Source: Candidatus Bathyarchaeota archaeon
Lineage (GTDB): Archaea; Thermoproteota; Bathyarchaeia; Bathyarchaeales; SOJC01
Length of the DNA: 64,000 nt
NCBI GenBank assembly: GCA_023131225.1
Contig: JAGLZW010000007.1
Span: 24,289-88,288, forward strand
Direction: 5' to 3'
The position numbers were made by a program, and so were the translations under genes. The notes under the pieces were generated by a model, which searched no databases, was not told the DNA's origin, and worked only from the letters and a program-made list of their open reading frames with translations. Every line of letters starts with the position of its first letter. Position 1 is the first letter of the stretch. Below, in pieces: positions 55,404-64,000 of the stretch.

Positions 55404-56969
55404 GTGAATTCTCAAGTTGAGAAAACTGTTGAATTCAAAATACACCGTTTCAATCCCCAAAACGAAAGGCATTACATATCTACGCACAAAGTACCCGTCT
55501 GCAAGGGGATGACCTTGCTTGATGCTTTTATGTATATCAAAGACAATTTTGATGGGGCGCTTACGTTTAGGCATTCATGTAGAATGGGAGTGTGTGGAAG
55601 TTGTGGAATTATGGTTAACGGAAAACCCATGCTGGCCTGTTACACACAAGTACTGCATCTAAACTCTGACACCTTGGTCATCGAACCGCTCCAAAACATG
55701 CCCGTCATAAAAGACCTAGTTGTGGACATCCAACAATTCTTTGACACATACAACCGAATAACCCCCGTCTTAATCAAGCCTGAGGAGGCGTTTAAGAAGC
55801 CTGACGAATTTATACAATCACCAACGGATCTTAAAAAGTACTGGGACTTGACACTATGCATCAAGTGTTCTATATGTTATTCTGCATGCCCAGCCGCAAT
55901 AGACGAGAAATTCTTAGGGCCTTCCGCTTATGCTACCAATTATCGGTTTGTTTCAGATTCAAGAGATGAAGGCACAACTGAACGGTTGAAGGCTATGGCT
56001 GACAACATATGGCTATGCACCTCTTGCAACTCGTGTACAATGTTTTGTCCTAAAGAGGTTGATTGTTCATCCTCGATAGTTGACGAACGCGGCCTCGTGG
56101 TAGAAACAGGTAATATACCGAGAACAGTCAAGGACGTACTTACAAGCGTTGTCAGATATCATAATCCGATGGGGATGCATCCGAGTAAAAGAATGGACTG
56201 GGCTAAGGACTTGAACGTTAAAACGTTTCCAACCGTTGAAAAAGCTGCCATCTTGTCCTTTGTGGGTTGCGCATCAGCTTATGATCAGAGAAGTCAAGCA
56301 ATTGCCAAATCCATGGTTTCAGTATTCAATAGTTTAGGTGTTGACTTTGCAACACTTGGCACTGAAGAATGGTGTTGTGGAGATCACATATTACGACTTG
56401 GCGAGAAAGGATTGTTCGAAATGCTTGCCGAACATAACATTTCAACGTTTGAAAAGTTCAATGCAGAGAAAATTATAATGCTGTCTCCTCACTGTTACAA
56501 CACTTTCAAAAGTGACAAGCCATACAGTGATAAAGGGCTTCGCATTCAGCATTATACAGAATTTCTCGCTGAAACCATCAAAAATGGCAGGCTAAAACTT
56601 TCCAAACCCGTTAACAAAAAGATCACTTACCACGATCCTTGCTTCCTAGGCAAACGCAACGAAATATACGAAGCACCCAGACAGATTTTGAAGTTAATAA
56701 ACGGTTTAGAACTTGTTGAGATGAAGAGAACAAGGGAGAACAGCTTTTGCTGTGGTGGAGGAGCTGGAAGAACTTGGACTGAAGATGCCCCTCCTGAAAA
56801 GAGGCCTAGTATTGATCGTGTTAGAGAGGCATTAGAACTTGGTGTCGAAGTTATTGCCACAGCATGTCCGTTCTGTGTTACAACTTTGGAAGATGCGGTG
56901 AAAGTGTTAGATGTGGAAGACAAGATTGTGGTGAAGGATATTCTAGAGCTTCTAGAAGAAGCCATGTAG
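55404..56969 (+). CDS. tfrB: Fused Fe-S subunit: SdhB/FrdB-like N-terminus plus HdrB-like double CCG domain (TfrB type)
   Basis: 2Fe-2S CRMGVCGSCG, 4Fe-4S CIKCSICYSACP and CTSCNSCTMFCP, then two CCG motifs (EEWCCGDH, NSFCCGGGAG). Confidence 0.8.
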   Translation: MNSQVEKTVEFKIHRFNPQNERHYISTHKVPVCKGMTLLDAFMYIKDNFDGALTFRHSCRMGVCGSCGIMVNGKPMLACYTQVLHLNSDTLVIEPLQNMPVIKDLVVDIQQFFDTYNRITPVLIKPEEAFKKPDEFIQSPTDLKKYWDLTLCIKCSICYSACPAAIDEKFLGPSAYATNYRFVSDSRDEGTTERLKAMADNIWLCTSCNSCTMFCPKEVDCSSSIVDERGLVVETGNIPRTVKDVLTSVVRYHNPMGMHPSKRMDWAKDLNVKTFPTVEKAAILSFVGCASAYDQRSQAIAKSMVSVFNSLGVDFATLGTEEWCCGDHILRLGEKGLFEMLAEHNISTFEKFNAEKIIMLSPHCYNTFKSDKPYSDKGLRIQHYTEFLAETIKNGRLKLSKPVNKKITYHDPCFLGKRNEIYEAPRQILKLINGLELVEMKRTRENSFCCGGGAGRTWTEDAPPEKRPSIDRVREALELGVEVIATACPFCVTTLEDAVKVLDVEDKIVVKDILELLEEAM

Positions 56970-57224
56970 TACATTAAATTAGTGGACTTCGATGCGCGCA
57001 TTCCAATTTGATAGGGTACCATCATTCCAAAAAGAAGCTATTATCCTGTCAAAAAGCGCGCGCATAAAAGGAATCAATTTTCTGGGCTTTATAAATCTCA
57101 CATATATATCTAGATGCATGCTACTATTCTTCGGTAGCGCACAAGGGCTATTACTTTGGAACATGCATATCAAGGACGGATAGAATTATACCTTACACCT
57201 CGAAAGTCTGAGAGAGAATGAAAA

Positions 57225-57530
57225 ATGAATAAAAAAAATATCGGAATAAAAATTCAACCGATTTTCGAAAAAGACGGCGTAAAAATTAAGATGTTGAAGG
57301 TTTGGCTTTTTTGGAAGGACAAACCATATCCCTTAAACTTTATCGGCATGGGTTGCGAATCCATTGGGAGAAATCTCGACATTTCAGAGTTGCAAGCTAT
57401 TAAATTGCTCATTTTGAAGTTAAAACCAGAGATAAAGAATATGGGAAACCCTTCCGTGCGAGAGAAGGCAGAATTACGCCTTAAACACCTTGAAAAGAAG
57501 TTGGTTCTAGCTAAAAACCGTGAGAGCTAG
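57225..57530 (+). CDS. Hypothetical small protein
   Basis: ORF only; Lys-rich; no motif. Confidence 0.3.
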   Translation: MNKKNIGIKIQPIFEKDGVKIKMLKVWLFWKDKPYPLNFIGMGCESIGRNLDISELQAIKLLILKLKPEIKNMGNPSVREKAELRLKHLEKKLVLAKNRES

Positions 57531-57697
57531 AGTAATGTGATTAATGACGAATATGCGCACGCTGTGATTATAGGTTCAGCACAGCATGTAGTACGCATGC
57601 ATACAACATGCAATCTCTAAACACCCTCGCGCGCGTTACGATTCGGCTCTTCAGCTGTCTAAACCTAAAAAATGTAAAACTTACCCAAAAAAAATCT

Positions 57698-58654
57698 TTA
57701 CAGCTTCGACTCTACTAGCTCGCTTTTCATTTGACTGAGAGTTCTCATGTATTCTAACAGTTTTGCTCGTGCCATGCTTGGCGAAATCTTTAAAAAACGC
57801 ATCTTGTCGTTTGGCTTGACTTGTCCAAGATGAGAAACGTCAGGAGTGGAAACCACGGCGATTTTCGGATAACCCCCAGTTGTCTGTGCATCACGCATCA
57901 TTATAATAGGCTTACCGCTTTCAGGCACCTGAACTGCCCCAACTGGTACAGCGTCTGAAACCATATCCAGTGAGCCTTTCTGTTCCACCCTTGAGCCATC
58001 AAGCCTATAACCCATCCTATCAGACTCTGTGGTTACAGTGTAGATGCTTGACAGAAAGGTCTCTATGCCCATGTCTGTGAAGTAGTCAGATTGTGGTCCA
58101 AGCACAACTTCAATCGCTAACTTGTTGCTATAGCACGGAACAAGCTCTTGAGGCATTGAGAAGCCAAACTTAAGTAATATACCAGGCTCATATGCTTCAA
58201 TAACATCTCCCGCTTTAAGCCGCCTTCCTTGAAAACCGCCAAATCCACCACGAACATAGGTTGACCTACTATCCAATACTAAAGGTACATCAATTCCTCC
58301 CTTCACAGCTAGATATGCTCTACACCCACTTCGCGGATGCCCAAAAGAAAGCACATCACCCTTGCAAACCTGCAACGTTTGCCAATAAACAACCTTTTCC
58401 CCGTTTACAGTGGGCGAGAGAGCCGCACCTGATATTGCAATTTGAGCAGTGTTGAGAAATTCAAACGCTGGACCCTGCAAAGTTATTTCTATACATGCAT
58501 CATTGGGCTTGTTGTCTACTAGAAGATTCGCTGCAACAAAAGCATAGTTATCCATCGCTCCAGAAATCGGCACACCATACTTTTGGAAACCATACCGTCC
58601 TGCATCTTGAACTGTCGTAAAAAGGCCTGGCTTAATCACTTTGCATAGTTTCAT
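57698..58654 (-). CDS. pxpC: 5-oxoprolinase subunit C (KipA / allophanate hydrolase subunit 2 family)
   Basis: N-terminus KVIKPGLFTTVQDAGRYG; follows pxpA and pxpB in the typical order. Start trimmed to MKLCKV. Confidence 0.75.
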   Translation of the reverse strand: MKLCKVIKPGLFTTVQDAGRYGFQKYGVPISGAMDNYAFVAANLLVDNKPNDACIEITLQGPAFEFLNTAQIAISGAALSPTVNGEKVVYWQTLQVCKGDVLSFGHPRSGCRAYLAVKGGIDVPLVLDSRSTYVRGGFGGFQGRRLKAGDVIEAYEPGILLKFGFSMPQELVPCYSNKLAIEVVLGPQSDYFTDMGIETFLSSIYTVTTESDRMGYRLDGSRVEQKGSLDMVSDAVPVGAVQVPESGKPIIMMRDAQTTGGYPKIAVVSTPDVSHLGQVKPNDKMRFLKISPSMARAKLLEYMRTLSQMKSELVESKL

Positions 58655-59354
58655 TTTTATTATTCCTGAAGTCTTCAAACTCTTCTTTTCCAATGGGTTT
58701 GAATTTCACAGCGTCACCGGGCTGTATCCAGGCTGGTGGATGTTTTTTTGTGTCGAAAAGCTTTAGGGGAGTTCGACCGATTATCTGCCATCCTCCGGGA
58801 GACTCACACGGGTATATACCGGTCTGTTTTTCAGTTATTCCCACAGATCCTGCTGGAACTCGCAACCGTGGCGTTTCAAATCTCGGTGTCGCGATTTCGT
58901 TGGCTACTTCGCCTAAGTATGGGAAACCCGAGATAAAGCCAATCATGTACACCGTGTATTCTCTATCACTATGTAGCCGAATAACCTCTTTCTTGTCTAG
59001 GTTGTGATATTTAGCCACGTAGGCGAGGTCGGGGCCACATTCGCCGCCGTAAATTACTGGCACTTCAATTACTCGTTTTCGGGTTGAAACGCTAAACTCG
59101 TCCAGTCTTTCTTCAAAATCTCTTAATCTGAAAACCAACTGTTCATAACTTATCTTCAACGGGTCATAGTAAACAAGGAGCGAACGGTAGGTTGGCACAC
59201 ACTCTTCCACGCCTTTTAGCTCAAGTTGGGAAATTGCACGGTTTAAGGTGTGCACTTTCCTGTTGAGGTCTAGACTTATGGTGTTGCCGAACTCAACCAA
59301 TAACGCCCTATCGCCCACAGGCATATGCTTCGCAGTTTGATACATAGTTTGCAC
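58632..59354 (-). CDS. pxpB: 5-oxoprolinase subunit B (KipI family)
   Basis: 240 aa; GDRALLVEFG near the N-terminus and the cyclophilin-like C-terminus typical of KipI. Confidence 0.75.
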   Translation of the reverse strand: MQTMYQTAKHMPVGDRALLVEFGNTISLDLNRKVHTLNRAISQLELKGVEECVPTYRSLLVYYDPLKISYEQLVFRLRDFEERLDEFSVSTRKRVIEVPVIYGGECGPDLAYVAKYHNLDKKEVIRLHSDREYTVYMIGFISGFPYLGEVANEIATPRFETPRLRVPAGSVGITEKQTGIYPCESPGGWQIIGRTPLKLFDTKKHPPAWIQPGDAVKFKPIGKEEFEDFRNNKNETMQSD

Positions 59355-60128
59355 CTAGACGAAAGTGCCTACAGGCGTAACTTCAACGTCTGCAGCCAAA
59401 AGCGCTTTCTTGACGGATTTCGCAAGCTCCACAGCGTTTGACGTGTCGCCGTGAACACAAATGGTATGCACTTCGTCAAACTTTACAGTCTGACCATCGA
59501 TAGCAGTTACACTTTTTTCCTTTACTATCCTTACCGCCCTCTCAGCCACAAGTTTCGCTTCTTCAATCACTGCTCCTGCTGTGTTTCTGGAAACTAAGCT
59601 TCCGTCTGGATTGTAAGCCCTGTCAACAAAGATTTCATGAGCCACGCGCAAACCTGCCTCAGCTGCCATCTTCGCCATCTTAGAGTTTGCCAAAGCAAAA
59701 AGCATCAGTTTAGGGTCCACAGCACGTAAAGCTTCGATGATGGCGTTTGCATAAGCTTCGTTCTTGGCCGCAGTGTTGTAGAGAGCTCCATGAGGTTTAA
59801 CGTGTTGCAAATTCTTGTTGGCGGCTTTTGCGAAAGCTGCAAGAGCGCCTACCTGATAGATAATGATGTTCTCTACTTCTTCTTGGGAGAGGCTCATGTT
59901 GCGGCGACCGAACCCCAACAAATCTGGGAACCCAGGATGCGCGCCTATCGCAACTCTATTTTCTTTTGCCAACTTCACGGTTCGAGCCATAACGACTGGG
60001 TCGCCTGCGTGGAAACCGCAAGCGATGTTGGCGGAGGTTATGAAAGGCATAATTTCTGCATCGTATCCTATTTTGAAGTTACCGAAGCTTTCGCCGAGAT
60101 CGCAGTTGATGTCGATTTTAGGCTTCAT
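59355..60128 (-). CDS. pxpA: 5-oxoprolinase subunit A (LamB/YcsF family)
   Basis: INCDLGESFG N-terminal signature, ACGFHAGDP, HGALY. Confidence 0.85.
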   Translation of the reverse strand: MKPKIDINCDLGESFGNFKIGYDAEIMPFITSANIACGFHAGDPVVMARTVKLAKENRVAIGAHPGFPDLLGFGRRNMSLSQEEVENIIIYQVGALAAFAKAANKNLQHVKPHGALYNTAAKNEAYANAIIEALRAVDPKLMLFALANSKMAKMAAEAGLRVAHEIFVDRAYNPDGSLVSRNTAGAVIEEAKLVAERAVRIVKEKSVTAIDGQTVKFDEVHTICVHGDTSNAVELAKSVKKALLAADVEVTPVGTFV

Positions 60129-60145
60129 GCACGAGCCTCTTGAGT

Positions 60146-61252
60146 TTAATGAAGGAAATTACGCATGTTTTCTGTTGCTGCAGAAGGAACAGGCAAGTCC
60201 TTCATGGTAACTAAACCCGGCGATGCATTAATCACTTTGGGAATTGCGTTCACCACCATCGCCACAGTGCCTATATCACCGTGTACACAAGGTATGATTT
60301 TCTGGTTTACGTTTGGAACGCCTTCAATTGATATGGAGTCATATTCTTCCTCTGCGCCGATGTATGCTTGAAACTCAAGGGTGATCACTTCCTTTCCCTT
60401 TTTATATCCTCTTGCCACTTGTCTTAAGCCAGCCGCGTAACCAGCCTTAACTTCGATGGCCTCGCTTCTAACAGGTTTCTTGGCGATAACAGGCTCAACC
60501 GGATCAACTTTAATCCTCTCCAGCCTCCAAGCTAAGGCTGCCGCAATCATTGAGATGGACTGTTCTAAGCCTACATGTCCCGTAATCACTTTCCTTTCGA
60601 TTGCTTTATGGAACTCCTCTGTGGTAAGGCTTGCACCAATCTTCTTTTGGAAAGGTACTCGTCGAGTGGCGGCGTTCATGATTCGAACCGCTTTTATTTT
60701 TTCTATTTTTTGGCAGACTGCGGTAAGGGTGATGATTAGTGTGTCCATTAGAAAGCCGGGGTTTATGCCTGTGCCTAGAACTGTGGCTTGGTGTTTCTTG
60801 GCTAGTGCATCAAGTTTTTCTGCCAGTTGTGGTTCTGAAAGATAGGGATAAGAGAGTTCTTCACACGTTGACACCACATTGACCCCTTGTTTCACGATTT
60901 CTGCAAGCTGTGGAAAAACGTCTTTCAGATAAGATGAAGTTGTGTGCACCACGATGTTTGGTTTTGTCTTTGAAAGCACCGCCTTGGCGTTGCTTGAGAT
61001 AATCACTCCAACATGATTGCCTATGCCTAAGACTTCTCCCAAATCCTTGCCCACTTTTTCCTTCGCCACATCGATGGCTCCAACTATTTCTATTCCTTTT
61101 TTCTGGAGGAGATGTTTTGCTATGAGGCTACCGACTGCTCCTACGCCGTATAAAACTGCCTTTATTTTCTCCAATTTCTCAACCTTTTTATTTTTGTTGC
61201 TTTGTGTTTGGATATAGGTGTTTCGTAGCGTGTATTTGATAGCTTTGGACAA
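60146..61252 (-). CDS. DapB-like NAD(P)-dependent amine dehydrogenase family protein
   Basis: N-terminal Rossmann AVLYGVGAVGSLIAKHL and a DapB-like C-terminal domain. The true start may be downstream of the listed ATG. Confidence 0.55.
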   Translation of the reverse strand: MSKAIKYTLRNTYIQTQSNKNKKVEKLEKIKAVLYGVGAVGSLIAKHLLQKKGIEIVGAIDVAKEKVGKDLGEVLGIGNHVGVIISSNAKAVLSKTKPNIVVHTTSSYLKDVFPQLAEIVKQGVNVVSTCEELSYPYLSEPQLAEKLDALAKKHQATVLGTGINPGFLMDTLIITLTAVCQKIEKIKAVRIMNAATRRVPFQKKIGASLTTEEFHKAIERKVITGHVGLEQSISMIAAALAWRLERIKVDPVEPVIAKKPVRSEAIEVKAGYAAGLRQVARGYKKGKEVITLEFQAYIGAEEEYDSISIEGVPNVNQKIIPCVHGDIGTVAMVVNAIPKVINASPGLVTMKDLPVPSAATENMRNFLH

Positions 61253-61351
61253 AAGGTTTACGTTTGTAAAGTTTTATATCGGAGACGTCGCTTCTATTTC
61301 CAGAATAACAAATGAACTACCAATAGAACGACTAACGGAGCAAGAGGTCTA

Positions 61352-62785
61352 ATGAAGCCAATGCTCATCCCAAAGGAAATCCGTGAAAAAACAAAATACT
61401 GCTTCGAGTGCGGCATTTGCACCGCAAGCTGTCCTATGGTAGAGCTGTTGTCAACGCATTACAACCCTAGGAGTCTTTTGCAAAAGGTTCTTACAGAACC
61501 CGAAAAGACTTTGAACGATAATAGGCTTTGGCTGTGCGCGTGGTGCTACAAATGCTACAAACGATGCCCCCAAGGATTAAAACTGCCAGAAATATTCCAA
61601 CTTCTAAAAAGTGAAGCCGCAAAACGTGGACTTTCTAATGGTTTCGAAGAGGCGGTTGCAATAATAGAAGAAAATGTACCTTTTCCAGTTATCTGCTGGT
61701 ACACTTGTTTTCACCCTGAACGTGCAGAAGTGGGTGATGAAAAGATAACTGAGGCTTTGGAAAAATTAGCCGCGCAGCGCATGCAAGCAAAAAAAAAAGA
61801 AACAGCCACTGGCCACAAGGGAAAGGTTGCAATCATCGGCTCAGGCCCAGCAGGACTTACAGCTGCTTGCGAACTAGCAGAAAAAGGATACTCGGCTACG
61901 ATTTTTGAAGCTCTTCCAGAGGCTGGAGGCATGTTAAGGAAAAGCATGCCAGAGTACAGATTGCCCAGAAAGGCGCTAGAAAGTGAAATTCAATGTTTGA
62001 AAGATTTGGGCGTGGAAATAAGAACCAACACAAGGATTGGGAAAGACATTAGTTTTGATGAGCTTTGGCGAGACGGATATAAAGCTGTGTTTGTTGGAGT
62101 TGGCGCCCATAAGAGTCGAAAATTGGGAATTGAAGGCGAAGAGCTGGAAGGAGTTATTGACGCTTTGGGCTTTCTTTGGAAAGTAAACATGCAACAAAAA
62201 GTCAGCCTTGGAAAAAAAGTAGGAGTAATTGGCGGTGGAAACGTTGCCGTCGACGCCGCTAGAACCGCACTTCGCCAAGGAGCCAAAGAAGTTGTTATTC
62301 TTTACAGAAGGTCACGAGAGGAGATGCCAGCTAACCCTTGGGGAGTTATGGAAGCAGAAAAGGAAAGTGTGAAAATCGAATTTTTAGTGGCACCCAAAAG
62401 AATTCTAAAAAAAGAAGGAAGAGCTGAGGGATTGGAGTGTATTAAAATGAAGTTGGGAGAACTGGATGAAACTGGCAGAAAAAAACCAATGCCAATTGAA
62501 GGCTCCGAATTCTCTCTAGAACTAGATACGATAATAGTTGCTATTGGAGAAACAACAGAAACTACTTTCTTGCCAAAAGAAGTAGAAGTGGACAGAGGCA
62601 ACAGAATTCTAGTTAACCCGATTACCATGGAAACCAGCATGACAGGAGTTTTTGCAGGCGGAGACACGGTCACTGGACCAGCAACTGTGATAGAGGCTAT
62701 CCTTGCTGGAAAACGAGCCGCGTGTTCCATCAACCAATATTTAACGGAGATTGAGGAAAAAGAGGAAAGAAACCGTGGCGACTGA
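61352..62785 (+). CDS. Fusion of an HdrC-like two-[4Fe-4S] ferredoxin domain with a GltD/NfnB-like FAD/NAD(P)H oxidoreductase
   Basis: [12 protein letters not shown] and [12 protein letters not shown], then dinucleotide folds [14 protein letters not shown] and [14 protein letters not shown], and C-terminal VFAGGD. Confidence 0.75.
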   Translation: MKPMLIPKEIREKTKYCFECGICTASCPMVELLSTHYNPRSLLQKVLTEPEKTLNDNRLWLCAWCYKCYKRCPQGLKLPEIFQLLKSEAAKRGLSNGFEEAVAIIEENVPFPVICWYTCFHPERAEVGDEKITEALEKLAAQRMQAKKKETATGHKGKVAIIGSGPAGLTAACELAEKGYSATIFEALPEAGGMLRKSMPEYRLPRKALESEIQCLKDLGVEIRTNTRIGKDISFDELWRDGYKAVFVGVGAHKSRKLGIEGEELEGVIDALGFLWKVNMQQKVSLGKKVGVIGGGNVAVDAARTALRQGAKEVVILYRRSREEMPANPWGVMEAEKESVKIEFLVAPKRILKKEGRAEGLECIKMKLGELDETGRKKPMPIEGSEFSLELDTIIVAIGETTETTFLPKEVEVDRGNRILVNPITMETSMTGVFAGGDTVTGPATVIEAILAGKRAACSINQYLTEIEEKEERNRGD

Positions 62786-64000
62786 AAAGAAAGTTGAAGA
62801 AGAGCCGCGAATCGGCGTCTATGTGTGTCACTGCGGACTAAACATAGCGGGCACGGTGAACTGTGAAGAAGTGGCAAGGTTCGCCGCTGCTCTTCCCCAC
62901 GTAATTGTTGCAAAAGACACGCGATACGCGTGTTCTGACCAAGGCCAAGAGCTTATTAAAAATGATATCAAAGAGCACAACTTTAGCCGTGTAGTTGTTG
63001 CTTCTTGTTCTCCACGCCTCCACGAGCCTACTTTTAGAAAGGCGTGTGAAGAGGCTGGATTGAACAAATATCTTTTCGAAATGGCAAACATACGAGAGCA
63101 TTGCAGCTGGGTACATCTTCACGATAAAGAAGCGGCTACAGAGAAGGCTAAGGACTTAGTTAGAGCGGCGGTGGCGAAGGTTGCTCTTCTTGAGCCAGCA
63201 ATCGAAACCGAAGTTCCTATACTCAGAGAAGCGTTAGTAATCGGTGGTGGAGTGGCGGGAATTCAAGCAGCCTTAGACTTGGCTGATACGGGCTATAAAG
63301 TGTATTTAGTGGAAAGAGAGCCAAGCATCGGCGGAAGGATGGCGCAGATTGACAAAACTTTCCCCACGATGGACTGTTCAATCTGTATTCTTGCACCAAA
63401 AATGTCCGACGTAGGTCATCATCCCAATATCGAGTTATTAACAAACAGTGAGGTCCAAGAGGTTAAAGGATACATTGGAAACTTTAAAGTAAAAGTGCTG
63501 AAAAAGCCGAGATATGTAACGGACGATTGTAGCGCTTGCAACGATTGCTCAGAAGTATGCCCCGTAACCGCGCCAAACGAGTTTGACATAGGCTTAGCAA
63601 CGAGGAAGGCAATTTATACACCCTTCGCTCAAGCGGTGCCATCTACCTACATAATTGACCGTGAAATATGCCTCAACAAAGAAGGAGTCATGGCGTGTGA
63701 CAAGTGCATAAAAGCCTGCGAACGACTAGCCATTGACTTCGACATGAAACCCGAAACCTTGGAATTGGAAGTCGGTACAATAATTGTGGCAACAGGCGCC
63801 GACGTATACGACCCTTCCTCACTGCTAAACTACGGATACACTCATTACCCGAACGTACTAACGTCACTCGAATTTGAAAGACTAATCAACGCGGGAGGGC
63901 CTTCTGGAGGAAACCTTATTCGCCCAAGTGACATGAAAATTCCCGAATCGGTTGCCTTCATCCAATGCATAGGCTCACGGTCTAAAAAAGGAAACTTCTA
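62775..64000 (+). CDS. hdrA: Heterodisulfide reductase subunit A (HdrA), 3' end outside window
   Basis: Absent from the ORF track because no stop is reached. My translation from GTG 62775 gives [26 protein letters not shown]...[11 protein letters not shown]...REHCSWVH...[16 protein letters not shown]...[11 protein letters not shown]...[12 protein letters not shown]. Overlaps the upstream gene by 11 nt. Confidence 0.85.
   Translation, partial: MATEKKVEEEPRIGVYVCHCGLNIAGTVNCEEVARFAAALPHVIVAKDTRYACSDQGQELIKNDIKEHNFSRVVVASCSPRLHEPTFRKACEEAGLNKYLFEMANIREHCSWVHLHDKEAATEKAKDLVRAAVAKVALLEPAIETEVPILREALVIGGGVAGIQAALDLADTGYKVYLVEREPSIGGRMAQIDKTFPTMDCSICILAPKMSDVGHHPNIELLTNSEVQEVKGYIGNFKVKVLKKPRYVTDDCSACNDCSEVCPVTAPNEFDIGLATRKAIYTPFAQAVPSTYIIDREICLNKEGVMACDKCIKACERLAIDFDMKPETLELEVGTIIVATGADVYDPSSLLNYGYTHYPNVLTSLEFERLINAGGPSGGNLIRPSDMKIPESVAFIQCIGSRSKKGNF

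Noticed and set aside
1-64000. Looked for CRISPR arrays, rRNA genes and transposase/integrase genes
   Set aside because: I saw no regularly spaced direct repeats, no rRNA-like conserved stretches, and no ORF with DDE or tyrosine-recombinase motifs.

Overview
This window looks like an archaeal chromosome segment. The archaeal markers are a membrane-anchored LonB protease, TiaS, class-III-signal pilins with a FlaI/FlaJ-type ATPase and platform, and TfrAB- and HdrA-type thiol/heterodisulfide enzymes. All product calls come from reading motifs in the supplied translations; no homology search was run. I support about 67 CDS, one tRNA, one gene remnant, two families of intergenic repeats, a recurring palindromic operator and a few terminators. 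I saw no rRNA and no CRISPR array.

Layout:
- 0-7.85 kb, housekeeping: RNA m5C methyltransferase, agmatinase, tandem MoeA, endonuclease IV.
- 7.85-25.85 kb, an accessory-looking mosaic of mostly single-gene units: NUDIX, GNATs, B12-radical SAM, dockerin protein, a restriction-modification pair whose methyltransferase carries a DCD/PUA-like reader domain, a wHTH plus nucleotidyltransferase pair, redox enzymes, nitrilase, and a secreted glycoprotein cluster. The units are separated by repeat family A and by tRNA-3'-half-like relics (family B). An intact tRNA sits at 15177-15251.
- 25.9-33.9 kb: polyferredoxin/TlpA pair, dockerin-repeat protein, MBL hydrolase, CbiMQO, MFS transporter.
- 33.9-42 kb: a MoxR AAA+/VWA pair embedded among uncharacterised acidic coiled-coil paralogs, a SecB-like protein and LonB.
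- 42.2-51.4 kb: a TrmB-like regulator and a nine-gene non-archaellum type IV pilus locus.
- 51.7-64 kb: TiaS, an AsnC-type RAM protein, TfrAB, PxpABC, an amine-dehydrogenase-like gene, and a ferredoxin-GltD fusion overlapping hdrA.

The most interesting signals are:
- the palindrome TGTGTA-N9-TACACACAAA, shared by the pilus genes and the uncharacterised MoxR/Lon-neighbourhood cluster;
- the DCD-like reader fused to a DNA methyltransferase;
- the tRNA-relic-punctuated mosaic, including an ORF that reads through the tRNA.
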